64,000 nucleotides of DNA, taken from NCBI RefSeq assembly GCF_009914755.1, contig NC_060931.1. One strand, given 5' to 3'. The notes below the pieces were generated by a model, which had not been told where the DNA came from, did no database searches, and saw only the letters and a list, made by a program, of their open reading frames with translations. Of the stretch, positions 1-13,110 are shown piece after piece. The stretch's first letter is position 1. Every line of letters starts with the position of its first letter. The position numbers and the translations under genes are program-made. The DNA comes from the human T2T-CHM13v2.0 reference genome, Homo sapiens.

Positions 1-170
1 TTGTATTAGGTATTGTAAGTAACCTAGCGATGATTTAAAGTATGTGGGAGGATGTGCGTAGGTTACATGCCAATACTACATCATTTTATATCAGGTACTT
101 GAGCATCCATGGGCAGTGGGCTGGGTTGGTCCTGGAACCAGTCCCCATACAGATACCAGGAATGACTGCA
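1..170 (-). mobile_element. MER2/Tigger3-family DNA transposon end (cut by window edge)
   Basis: ggaggatgtgcgtaggtta...cttgagcatcc...ggtcctggaacca...gatacc...gactg matches the MER2 terminus. Confidence 0.8.
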
Positions 171-189
171 CTAGACTACAAAAGAGCAA

Positions 190-338
190 ACAGATTTGGA
201 CTTTAGCCTCTACTCTGCTACTGTGTGACCTTGAGAAAGACATCACATCTCTGGGCTTCGTTTTTCTCTGTGGTATGATGGGGTAGGTTATATCTGTTGA
301 TCTCCAGCTCTTCTTATGGTTCTAATACCTGATTCCAT
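190..338 (+). mobile_element. MIR-family SINE fragment
   Basis: ctgtgtgaccttgag...ctctgggcttc MIR core. Confidence 0.55.
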
Positions 339-523
339 TAATATTTCTTCTTCTGTTTTTTCTTTACTCCTCAAAATCATCATGATCATCACAAAAGAGC
401 AGCAGTTTTTTCCTGGGTTGTATAAATAAAGGAGGCTAGACAGCAGAGAATGGAAACTGTGGGCAGCCTTGTACTGGGTATTCCAGTATCTCTAATTCCA
501 AACTAGTATATGTTTTTAAATAA

Positions 524-634
524 TTTCTTTTAGAGACAGGGTCTTGCTATGTTGCCCAGGCTGGCCTCAAACTCCTGGGCTAAAGTAGTTCCCCTGCTTT
601 AGCCTCCTGAGTAGCTGGGACTACAGTTGTGCCC
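524..634 (-). mobile_element. Alu monomer (FLAM/FAM)
   Basis: agagacagggtcttgctatgttgcccaggctgg...gtagctgggactaca. Confidence 0.85.
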
Positions 635-1499
635 AAATCAGTTATTTTCCAGACTTCAGTGTTCTCATTATCCTTTCATTTCTTGTGGCTACCACTGAAC
701 ACTTTAGCTAGAAAAGGTGAAACCTGACTGCAGACCACAAAAACGGATCCGGTCTCTTAGCTCCTTTCTCTGCCACCCTCAAAGTAGCCATTAAATCTTT
801 CACATTTTCTAATGACTTTTTTTTTTTTTGGAAGGGGGAGAAATTGGGAATGCAAGCAATGGGAGAGATACAAGTTATAGTAATATAAAAAGTTATAGTA
901 ATTCAGTCATACAGTATAAAAACCCTTATATTTTGTGTGAATATAGGAAATTTTCTTTTCTTTTTTCTTTGAGGGCCTTATCTCTGCTCTTGTCTGCTGA
1001 ATTCAAAGCTGACCACTTTCTACCTCTTCTGCATTTTGTGTGTTGTTTCAGCAGACATTGTTCGTTGTTTTCTTTTCACTGTTAGAGGCTTTCAGAGAGA
1101 GAAAGGAAGGGAAGAGAAGGGAGGATGCTAGGGTACCAGTGCCCTTTCACTCCTAAATTCTCATGAGTCTGTACTATAGACCCATGAGGCTGAGCAGTTT
1201 ACTTCCCATGTTAACTCTAATTCTTAGTCTAGAAAGCATATTTTTTTCATTGGAATGTTACTGTCAAATTGCTATATTATTCCTGTTCAAATGGGGAGAA
1301 CCATTTATAGGTGATGCAGAATCATTAAAGCAGTTAACTCTGCTGGAGAAGGTGGAAGGCACATGGTATCTCAATTGAGAAATTCTTTTCCTGCTTCTTT
1401 AAATTATTAAAGTCAAATACTTAAAGAGTACATGCTACAACACTACATTCAAAAAGGTTTATTCTAGCATGATACTTAAGTATTCTTTTTCTAGATGCA

Positions 1500-1700
1500 T
1501 TTCATTCATTTAGGCATCCATTCATCAAATGTTTATTGAATACTTACAATGTGCAGGGCACTACAGAGTGCTGGGCATGTAGCAATGAAAAGTTGACATG
1601 GGACTCTGTCTTTAAGTGGCTTTCACTGTGTTGGAGAAAACAAATGGAAAAATGTAAGGGCTTGTTATAGAGCTGAAATACTTGTATATGGGAGCGAGTC
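1500..1700 (-). mobile_element. L2 3' end fragment
   Basis: cattcatcaaatgtttattgaatactt...tgtgc..ggcact L2 tail signature. Confidence 0.6.
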
Positions 1701-1996
1701 TTGGGTGAATGCAACCTATGTATACAGATAAGGATTTAGAAAAATGTAAGAGCAAAAATACTGCTTTAGAAGGATCTGTAAGAGACATTCTGCCTATTCA
1801 CAGAATAGTGTATACTTATTACATCTAATCTTGCCTGATAGACTTGAAAACATAAAATGGTTTTTAATATAGATTATGATATGGTCTCCTGTCATGACAT
1901 ATAGAAATGGAAATGCCCCCAAAAAAGAGCTTACTTCTAGAATATGTTTGTAATTATAGGATTTATTTGTTTTACACTACTTAGAAAATATTCTTT

Positions 1997-2370
<374 letters not shown>

Positions 2371-2849
2371 TTAAGAAGCAAGAAATTTAGTTTTTCTTTC
2401 ATAGTTACATTTTTTAAAAAAATTGGTATCCCGAATAGATTCCAATAAAAAAAATTCCAAAGATGAACTGTAAAAACTTCTGAAAGGTTCACTATTTTTC
2501 TTATCCTTTAAGGTGGCTACTGCCAAAGAATAAAATCAGTGAAATTGCCTTTTGTGTGTAATTCAAGGTTAATAACTTGTGGGAGAACTTTCGATCATAA
2601 AGTGAGCTTTATAATTTTATCAATGATAGGAACAATCTTCTATTAGGTTAGTATTATTCATTTAATAGCTAAAGAGTTGGTGTATTTCTCATTCAGTTGT
2701 AAGTGTTTTCTCCCTTTTAATCTGATCCATTAGAGCACTACTAGAATGTAGCTGTTTTGGCTGTGCACATGCTTGCCGCCCCCCAACCCGTGAGGTCCTC
2801 CATGATGTGCTCTCCACACTACCCCATGGTTCTGCATAAATTTTTTGAA

Positions 2850-3330
2850 TATATTGTTTATATATTCATCTTACTGCTAGATTGGGAGCTTCTTGTGCCA
2901 AGACAGTATCTTTGTGAATCCAGTGCCCAGCACGGTACTTGGTGTATTAGATGTGCATATGTAAATAATGAGTAGATGAAGTGTGGTCATGTGAAGGATA
3001 GAATATACTTACACACATACACACACAACAAGCAAATATACATTAAATGCCTATTTTTTACATGTTTATATCTGGGCCTGTTGAAGTTACTAAATATAAG
3101 GCTCTTGTCTTATCCTTGGGGAGCTTACAGTTTCATTGGAACCAAAATTAACATTTGTGAAAAAGTTGCCTTAACTAAAGATGGTGTATATCTCAAAGCC
3201 TTGCTTTATTCACAGGCTAAAGGATCACCTCTCTTATAAACAGAGGCTAAAGAACTCCTTTTAATAAGGAGAATCAGGGACTTCTTCACAGAGGGAATGG
3301 GACTTTAGCTCAGCCTTAAAAAAGTGAGTG
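2850..3330. mobile_element. L2 fragments (both orientations)
   Basis: ctagattgggagct...cccagcacggtacttgg, then tgtttatatctgggcc...gagcttacagt. Confidence 0.5.
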
Positions 3331-3894
3331 AGACACATGACAAAAGGCACTATCATATAGGTGGTGATGGTGGTTTCATTCACTAGATTCCATCTAAGTC
3401 TCCATTCATCATGCACCAGAGTTCAACACTGATTGCCCGCCTCACCCAGCGTGGGTTAAGGAATAGGTTTTACTGGTGAAAGGGAAAACTTACAAGGCTA
3501 AGTCAGCAAGAGAAAAGAGGGAGTACTAGGTATACTAGGTTTGGATTCTGCTGAACCTACTCTGTGGGTTTGAGTTTCCCTGGTATTCCGCCTTACCACA
3601 GGGCAAGAATGAGGAAGCATTCTTATTGGTGGGGAATACAGAGGCTACTTAGGACCAAGCAGTTCAATTTAGGGCCCCAGCTGCCTAGAGAAGTTGTCTG
3701 AGAATGTCAGCTGCTTTCCTAGTACTTAGATGCCTTTAGACTGATGTGAATTGGCAGTTTTCTCTTTTTAGAGAAGCCACCAGTGCTGAGGAGAACTGAT
3801 TTGGGAGGAAAGTGTTCACCTACCCAAGCCAGCCCATTGTCCAGGCAACACTGGGTCAGCTCTGGGGTCACTATCAGATAATCCTGCTTCTTGC

Positions 3895-4110
3895 ACTACC
3901 GAGGTTAAGAATTTGCACCCTAGAAGACTTCAATTCAAATCCCTGCTTCCCCACTCACTGGCTATGTAACCTGAGGCCCTTAATGTCTCTAGGCCTTAGT
4001 ATTGTAAAATATGAAGTTGGGATAGTAATAGTTCATTTTTCCTGGGATTGTAGTGAGGATTAAATAAAATAGCCATGTAACACATGGTGAATGTTTAGTA
4101 AACATTAGCT
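3895..4110 (+). mobile_element. MIR
   Basis: ttcaaatccc..cttccccactcactggctatgtaacct...tgtaaaat...gtgaggattaaat. Confidence 0.75.
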
Positions 4111-4327
4111 GAAAAGGAAGGATCCTCTGAGAAAGCGAGTGGTGAGAACATTTTTATGGGCATAGCCATGCTCAGGGATAGTGGGTGGACCCACTTTCCC
4201 AGTCTTGTTAGGGAAAGGGCTCATTCTAGGGAGAATAGACTGGATTTGTGGAGGGCCCTTAATGTAAGACCAAAGAGTCCTCTTCCAGTCCATTTGGAGC
4301 CATTCGTGATTTTCACGTCGAACCATG

Positions 4328-4694
4328 TGAGATGGTTTGGCTGTGTCCCCACCCAAATCTCATCTTGAATTGTAACTCCCACAATTCCTATGTTTTGTGG
4401 GAGGGACCTAGTAGGAGGTAATTGAATCATGGGGGCAGGTCTTTCTCATGCTGTTCTCTCAGTAGTGAATAAGTGTCACAAGATCCAATGGTTTTAAAAA
4501 GAGCAGTTTCCCTGCACAAACTTTCTCTCTTTGCCTTCTGCCATCCACGTAAGATGTGACTTGCTCCTCCTTGCCTTCCACCATGGTTGTGAGACCTCCC
4601 CAGCCATGAGAAACTGTAAGTCCATTAAGCCTCTTTTGTAAATTGCCCAGTCTTGGTTATGTCTTTATTAGCAGCATGAAAACGAACTAATACA
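4328..4694 (+). mobile_element. THE1B-like MaLR solo LTR
   Basis: TG..atggtttggctgtgtccccacccaaatctcatcttgaattg...actaataCA; 5-bp TSD CCATG/CTATG. Confidence 0.93.
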
Positions 4695-5240
4695 CTATGA
4701 CACATAGAAGAATTTTTAGGAAAAATAGTGTGGTGGTAGGCATTCCACATAGATTGGAAAGTAAACAAATTAAAAGCAGGAAGACCTTTTAGGCTAGAAG
4801 TAATTTATTTTCCAGGAAGCCATGGATTTGAGTTTTTTGAACTTCGACTTCCATCTAGTCTGCCATCAGCCTTCATTCCTTTCATTAAGCCCTTAGTTGC
4901 AGTGTGCCTCAGACCTTTGTCTGTCTGCTGCTCTTCATCATTGTGTGCATGGTTTGAGGCTTAGCATTGCAAAAAAGAGTTAAGAAGTAATCAAGATTAT
5001 TTTAATAAGGCATAGTGACAAAAACAACATAAATGGCATTTCTCTGAAGTGAGTTTTGGTGATTTCTCATTAAATTGAATTGGCAGAAACTCAGAAACAA
5101 TACTTTCTCATTTCAAGAAATAGTAATTGTTTTTAATGTAGCGAGCCAGAGTTCTATAAAAGATTGCAGTGTCTTGTTCAACATTCTGTTTTCTAACCCC
5201 GTCTAGCATAATGCTTGTAAGAAACTAACTTCTCAGGAAA

Positions 5241-5269
5241 GGATGGATGGATGGATGGATGGATGGATG
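5241..5269. repeat. (GGAT)n microsatellite at an L2 tail
   Basis: About 7 GGAT units following an L2 3' end fragment (~5140-5240). Confidence 0.9.
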
Positions 5270-7031
5270 AATTGAAGGTATGCAAAGGAGTTCAGATTCA
5301 TTGGACCTTATCCCACTGATTGTGATTGATTATATATGATTGTCTAATATGTTCTCACCATCGCCACGTTTGGCTGTGGACCTCTTGGGGCAAGGTCTGT
5401 GTCTGTTTTTCTCACTGTATTACCAGTTCCTATCTCGTTAACTAGAATAGTCTTTCATTAAGTGGGTAAGTGAATCTACCCCTGAAATAATGCTAAGCGT
5501 GGGGTTCTGGGAGAGTATATCACCAATAAAGGATTATGTTCTGGCCTTGGGCCTTAAGCCACTCACTTAAGATCTCTGAGCCTTGATTTCCTTATCTGAA
5601 AAAATGTGTATAGTACCTATTTTGCCAATACATAATAGGTTAAAATATAATAATACCTTAGAGTAATACTAATTAAATCTGCTATATGTGCAAATAATCA
5701 AGAGACTTATTTAATGAATGTTGCGTATAAACCTTCATAATTATGAGATTGCAAGGCATAACCACCGGTAAGGAAATAACCTCTTTACCCAAGGAAACTA
5801 TAATGCACAAAACAGTCGACCATAGGATCTTATTTTGGGGGTATTTTATTTTCTATTCATGTTAAAGCAAATAAAATAGTCCCTTTTGGAATATATCAAG
5901 TTATACAACTAGAAATTTCTGATAGTTTGGTGGATTTTGCATGCCTGCCTCAGTTGTTTTCTGTTAAAATACCAAAGAAAAATAAATTTCAAGAGAGTCA
6001 GGACAATATCTTGCTTAACTTGTTGATGATGCTTAACGGCAACCTGCTATTGTATTTAGCAAACAATAATATTTCCATGGTAGATAAAGAGAAGATAGAC
6101 TATTTGGAGATGTAGAAAATGAATATTCCAGCAAGAGGATAGATAACTTCAAACTGACCTGACTGCTGTCCTAAGCATGCCACCACAAAAACAGCTAATA
6201 GTTATTTAGGACTTAAATTTATCTGATAATTTTGAGAACAAAATCTTTTGAGCTAGGTTATAATATAGGAGCCTTCGATTTTCCTACATTAAATGTGTAG
6301 CTTAGTGGTATTTGATGTTGAAATGGTAATTTTGCTCTATTCCTTTTGCTTCTGGTAGACTTGCTCTTGAATTTACTACCTGTATCCAATTAACGGAAAA
6401 TAGAGAACTTGAAATTCAGAGAACTCATTCTTCCCATCAAAATATGTACTATACACTGGCCTTGGTTTTGGGTGAAGATGAGAAAATATGGAGCTTAATT
6501 TTCATTTTTTTCATTAAGATTATGAAAAAATCTGTGTTTTGCACATTTATCAGCAATGGCATTACCTTGCAATTTACTATTTCCCATACTCATAGGAACT
6601 TATTATAAAGAAAAATACCTCAAAACATTATCAGACATACCTTTTGAGTGTTACCTGTTTGAGATTCTTATAGTATCCTTAGGGAAAGAGCTACGAATCA
6701 AAACTGGTAATTGGAACCATTAATAAGATAGAGATTCTCATAATTTGAAACCAGGGTGGTGTGTCAGAAAAACGATACGTTTGGAAGTCAAGGAGTCTCA
6801 TTCCTGTTCCTAATGTTGTCAGAGGCCAGATTTTATCACATTAGACATAGGCCAGTTTAAGATTTAGAAAAAGAAAAATCCAGATAAAATATGATGCTTG
6901 GTGTATGACACAGTAAGTTTTTGAATCTTTGTGGTCAACCAGAAGCACCAGTTCTTTTTCATGACTTCCTAATAAATCAGGTGTCTCTTTTCATGTAGTC
7001 ATGGGTTAGGTTTACATGGTAAGAAGGAATT

Positions 7032-7346
7032 TGTTGGGAGACAATGCTCCATGGATCGCTTGTGTCCATGTGTCATGAACAGAGGCACAGTGACACCCTT
7101 TTGGTTGTGACCTGAAGGATGGTTGGTTAGTGAACAGCCTTGGAAGAAAGAGATAATGCCTCCCACTAAATGATGATATTCTGGCTACTATTTTTGTGGG
7201 GAGTAATAAAATATCCTTGTCCCTGACCCAGGAGTTTTTGTTTGTTTGTTTGTTTTTAATTTCTACCAGCATCTGTGAAATGATGGCAGGCTAACTTGTT
7301 AGCTTGCAAGTAGGGTAAAACCTGAGATTCTTCACAGTTTCTGGCA
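7032..7346 (+). mobile_element. LTR40-family ERVL solo LTR, internally deleted
   Basis: TGTTGGGAGACAAT start; ...ggcaggctaacttgttagcttgcaagtagggtaaaa...CA end; perfect TSD GAATT at 7027-7031 and 7347-7351. Confidence 0.8.
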
Positions 7347-8807
7347 GAATTGAGTTTGAACATACTGAATTTAAAGTAAGGGACAGAGATGAAGTTATAT
7401 ACCTGATGCAATTTGCAGCTGCATATAAATTCTGGCACGCAAACAGGAGGTCAGAACTAAAGACATAAAAATGTGGCTTTATGATTTCTTGCTAAATAGG
7501 CTTTGCCCTGTATCCCATTTGGGACTTGGACGCCTGAAAACTGTTCTTTCATTGCAATGAAATGTTGGAAATCTATTGATAATGCACTTTGATTTTGAGA
7601 GTGTTAAGACATAAAACCAGAGAAAACTGGTATCTCTGGCCACACATACTCAGCTACTTTACCTGAGTTCATTACATTCTTGTTACCTTTGCATTTATCT
7701 AGAGTACAGTCTCTTTAAATGGAGAAAATAGTTAATGTCTTTCTCCTTTAGAAATCAAGATTCTACAGAATGAGAAATGCTAAGGAAGCAATATTTTTTT
7801 TTCCACAGGGAAAGGGAAACTGGCTATTGTTAAACCCTGCCTTTGGCAATTGCATGTCTCTATCAGTAGCCAATTTGGAAATATTGAAACCCTGTCTTTG
7901 GTGTAATACAACTGGTGTAGTAAGCAGAGGTGATAACTGTTACGTACTTCACCTTGAATTTTAGGCATTTTAAAGGTCATTGGGGAAGGGAAAATAATCC
8001 ATTAATTTTTACTAGAGTGTTCATGTAAGTGTCTTCTGCTGTGAAAATCAATGTAAAATTTCACTGCCATTCAAAATGCAAAGTGGTGTATAATATCACT
8101 ACTCCAAACTGCCCTAAATTGTTGCATTTTTAAACAAGCAGGTTTTGAGTTATGCCCTTACCTCGTAAATTCAGCTTCACAGATTGGATTATTGCCATGT
8201 GGATGTAGTAGCAGGAAAAATAAATTTGTGTCAGTCTGAATTCTACTTGTGCATTTATTAAACTACTCTTAACCTTTTCTTAGGTCAGTGATCATCATAC
8301 AGATTTGCTTTTATATGCCTTAGAGAAAAATTCCTCTATGAGTATTATTTATGAGTTAAGTGTTACTTATCCATTTACATTAGTAATCTTAAATTATTTA
8401 CCTGCTTTGGAATTCATATGTTACAAATTTGCCAGATGAAAGCTGCCAGATGAGTGAATATATTTGTGCTACATGTCTGTTGCTCATTAAAGTAGCTGGT
8501 TTGGGATTCACAGCAAAAATAAAAAGTGTTACAAGGGGTAGAAAAGAGGGGAGAAGAGGTCAGGCAGTTTATAGCAAAGTCTGCTGTGCTGCAGCTGGCA
8601 CTAGCTGGCGCCTTTGGGCAGTTTCTGCTAAACCTTGAGCAATTGCTTTCACTCTTCCACCTCCCATGTTGTTTCATTCATTCAATCTTAGATGGAATTG
8701 GTTAGAGAGGAGAAATAGAACACTATTTAAAACAAGAGAAATGGTATATCCCCCTCTGGCAGAGAACACAGGTAAGACATTACCTCTTGTACTTGATGGG
8801 AGAACAT

Positions 8808-9129
8808 CTTTTTTTTTCTTTCTTTCTTTTTTGTTTGTTTGTTTGTTTGGGACAAAGTCTCACTCTGTTGCCCAGGCTGGAGTGCAATGGCGTGATCTTG
8901 GCTCACTGCAACCTCTGCCTTCTGGGTTCAGCGATTCTTGTGCCTCAGCCTCCCAAGTAGCTGGGATTACAGGCATATGTCATCATGCTCAGCTAATTTT
9001 TTGTATTTTTAGTAGAAACGGGGTTTCACTATGTTGGTTGGGCTGTACTTAGACTCCTGGCCTCGGGTAAGGTACATGCCTCGGCCTCCCAAAGTGCTGG
9101 GACTACAGGCGTGAGTCACCATGCCCAAC
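8808..9129 (-). mobile_element. Alu (AluSz/J-like), full length
   Basis: T-rich tail followed by a reverse-complement dimeric Alu. Confidence 0.93.
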
Positions 9130-9263
9130 TTATTTATTTTTTTCTTTTTAATGAGACAGGGCCTCACTATGTTGCCTAGTCTGGTCTTGAACTCCTGGGC
9201 TCCAACAGTCCTCCCACCTGCCTCCTGAGTAGTTGAGATTATAGATGTGCCACCATGCCCAAC
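9130..9263 (-). mobile_element. FLAM monomer adjoining the Alu
   Basis: gagacagggcctcactatgttgcc...ccaccatgcccaac. Confidence 0.85.
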
Positions 9264-10371
9264 TGAGAATATTATCTTGATCTACTAAATAAATAGATTT
9301 TATTTCCATAATGACTTATTTAGAATTAAAAGCGAAGCCCTGAGTTATATATATATTAAAAAAACTTACATGCATTTGCTAGTCAGGCCAGTTTAACTTA
9401 TGTGAGAGCCAAAAATCTTACATAATTATTAACAGTTTAATGATGATAGATTATTGATTATAATTAAACCTAGGCTGTCAGACTAATCAATGGTAAGTTT
9501 AGTCTTAGGCCTTGAGTTGCTAGGTCAGATCTGGTTTTCCCAGGCTGATATTTCAAAAGTCTTACAGTCTTCTTTTGTTGAGAATCCTTCACTTTTCCAG
9601 TTACTCCAAAGGAGACCTCAGTCAGACCAAAGTTTGATGGAGGTCAAGTTAAAATTTAAACCATATCTGGAAGCAAGGTCAGTGCAGCAAAGGCACATTC
9701 TAAAGCATTACTTCATATACCTTAATTCTTCCGGAAACTCGTTTGCTGGGTGTTTTCATTCATAAGTTCATTTACTCAGCACTCATTCAACAAATATTTT
9801 TTATTTTTTTCAACAGATATTTATTGAGCATCTACTGTGTACATTATATTGTTCTAGGCTCTGGAGTTATATTAGTGACAAAACAGAAAAAAATTTTGTT
9901 CTTTTGGAACTTGCAGGGAAATACAGATATTAATAATATCATATCTATTATTTTATTAATGAATCATAAGATACAGATAATAGATCATTCGGTGACAAGC
10001 ACCATGAAGGTAAAGTGGACTGAAGGGCTCATTAAGAAAGGGATCTCTGAAGGTGATATTTGAGCAGAGGCCAAAAGAAATATGGGAACGGTTCATGCAG
10101 TTATTTGGAGACAGATGTTCTAGCAAGAGGGAACAGCAAGTACAAAGTACCTGAAAGAAGCATGTGCTTGGCATTTGGAGGAACTGTGAGGGGACTGGTA
10201 GGATTAGAACACAATGAGTGAGAAGTGAAGGGAGATGAGGTCAGAGAAGTGGTGTGGAATTGGGGATGAAGGGTGATCACATCATAAGCCATAGCAAAGA
10301 TGTTTACATTGAATTAAAAAGCTATTGGAAGGTTTAGCGAAGTACAGGAAAATGATGTGACTTTGGTTTTA

Positions 10372-10551
10372 AAGCGGTCCTGAACAATAGCACTTTCTGT
10401 GATGATGGAAGTAGTCTAAAATCTGCAGTGCCCTCTAACCCTTTGTGGTTATTGAGCACTTGAAATGTTGCCAATGCACCTGAGGAACTGAATTTTTAAA
10501 TTTAATAGAATTTTAATTTAAGCAGTAACATATGGCTAACGTATTGGTCAG
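10372..10551. mobile_element. MER3 hAT-Charlie MITE
   Basis: caatagcactttctgtgatgatggaa...tgtggttattgagcacttgaaatgt...gaggaactgaatttt. Confidence 0.75.
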
Positions 10552-10633
10552 AAAAATTTTATACATTTTCACAGGTTGCTTTATGGAGAATAGTATGTGG
10601 AAGCAAAGAGGCAAAAGCAGGGAGAAGCCTTAG

Positions 10634-11162
<529 letters not shown>

Positions 11163-12199
11163 GTGTGAATGAGAGGTGCGATGACCAGGCTTATTTCAAA
11201 GGTAGACTTGACAGGATTTATTGGTGGATTGCATGTGTGGTGTAAAAGACAGAGGAAATTCAAACAAATAACTTAAAGGTGTTTGGACTCCACATTTGAC
11301 AAAAAGGAGTTGCTATTCACTGTGATGGGAAAGACTTGGATAGAAGCAGATTTGGGAGAAACTGTTAAATTTGGCTTGAAGTTTAAGATGTCTGTCAGTT
11401 ATCCAAGGGAAGTTTGGAGGTGAGGACTGAGATCTGGACTGCAGCTATATACACTTGATAGTTATAAAAAATGGTATTAAAACCATGGGTAGGAATAAGA
11501 TCTCCTAGAGAGAGAATTTGACAAAGAAGAGAAAAAGGTCTGAGGACTAATCCTTGGCATACTTCAGTATGTGGTAAAACACATACGGAAAACTGAGAAA
11601 AGAAGACTGCAGAAGGGTGAAAGAAACCAGAAAGTGATGTTTTAGCAGCCAAGTACAAGTGTGTCAAGTAAGACTTCATCAGTACTTATCAAATGCTGCC
11701 TGGTACGTAATAGGCACACGTATGTGTGCTGAGTCAATGAATAACTGGGTACGTGCTATTCTATACTGACTTCTGTTGAGTTCTAATGTACAACACCCCC
11801 TTACCCCATTCAGAGGCCTTTAATGGCTCCCCATTGCCAACTCCTTGACCAGGAATTTGTATTTTAATATATGACTGAGTTGAACTGCAACACCTCTTCA
11901 TAGGCCTCCAATAGGCTCTGCAATTTTGCATTTCTTTATTTACTCATTCTATGCAAATTCCTTCATGTGTGAAATGCCATTCTGTCCTTCTTTGCCTCTT
12001 GAAATCTTATCCCTCTACTAGGAGCCCTTTCAAATGCCCTCTCCTAAATGAGTACTTCCCCTTCCCTCCACTTCTCTTCTAACCTGTCCTTAAACCCTTG
12101 TCATGGCTCTACTGACATGCATCCCACTTTCCATTTGGTTCCAGTTGTTCATTTTGTTTTGCACATGATATTCTAGGATCCCTGTGAGCAGGTGCATGA

Positions 12200-12370
12200 C
12201 ACCATAGTGGAATGATTGTGAACATGGAGAATGGTATAAACAGACCTGTTTTCAAATACTAGTTTTTTATTTACGAACCTGTGACTTTCCTAAGTAACCT
12301 AAACTCCTGAAGGCTCCATTTCTTCACTTGTAAATGAAGACAAATAAGGCGTCATGGAATTAGTTGAGAT
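12200..12370 (+). mobile_element. MIR
   Basis: cagacctg..ttcaaat...tgtgactt...ccatttcttcacttgtaaatg. Confidence 0.6.
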
Positions 12371-12448
12371 AGTTCCATTAAATTTATTCAAATATTGCAC
12401 TTATTGCCTGTCAGATTCAAGCTAAATTTTTTCAATTTAAATAATTTA

Positions 12449-13110
12449 TTTTTAATAGATTGTCAATCTGTTTTTGTTATTGATCTAAGCACTATACAGT
12501 GATTATATACTTTAAGTAAGTGGATGTCAAGCTAGTGTTAACAGATAGCTATTGCCAGCATAAGAATATTCCCTGCCTACCCAAAAATATCGGAAAGAAA
12601 TAAGACCAGCCACTTATAAGAGAAGGTGCCAATGCAATGGCTAATCTTTATGAGAAAGAAGAAACTTTACAGCACATTTTGAGTAACTTAGTGCATGGGC
12701 TCAGTGGGCCACCTGCTGGGACACCACCTTCTAATGGGTTCCACAATTAAGGCATTGCTGGGTCTTGCCTTTGCACAGCCAAAACCAGATGATGACGCTG
12801 TTGTCCTCTTCACAGACACAGCCCCCTATTTGCTTGTTGGTGATGGATAGGACCAAATTAGGCTCCTTCTTGGTTCCTGAGGCTGCCTTTGGGGTTAGTA
12901 TGTTGTAGGGTCCAGTCCCTTCAGTGCAGCCATCATAACCTCCCTCTCCAACCCAGTCACCTGCTCACTATCACTAGGAGCACAACCTCCAGATGCCATG
13001 GAGCGCACTGCGGTCGCCCACTGGGACTGCGGGCCTGCGTAGTCAATGCTGCAGCTCCGGAAAGTAACCTCGAAGTCGTCACACCCACAACAAGCAGCAG
13101 TACCTCCGGG
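12449..13110 (-). pseudogene. COX5BP3: COX5B (cytochrome c oxidase subunit 5B) processed pseudogene
   Basis: Minus strand reads (ACG)TSRLLSGAAALTTQA...MASGGCAPSDSEQVTGLEREVMMAALKGLD/YNILTPKAASGTKKEPNLVLSITNKQIGGCVCEEDNSVIIWFWLCKGKTQQCLNCGTH*KVVSQQVAH*. CDS remnant 13079-12701; intronless; lost start, two 1-nt deletions, one 9-nt deletion, premature TAG. TSD TAAATAATTTA at 12438-12448 and 13111-13121. Pseudogene number is from recall. Confidence 0.93.

Noticed and set aside
8666-9052. 128-aa ORF and other Alu-overlapping ORFs (2113, 20286, 23213, 34756, 40743, 63578)
   Set aside because: Translations are typical Alu-derived peptides
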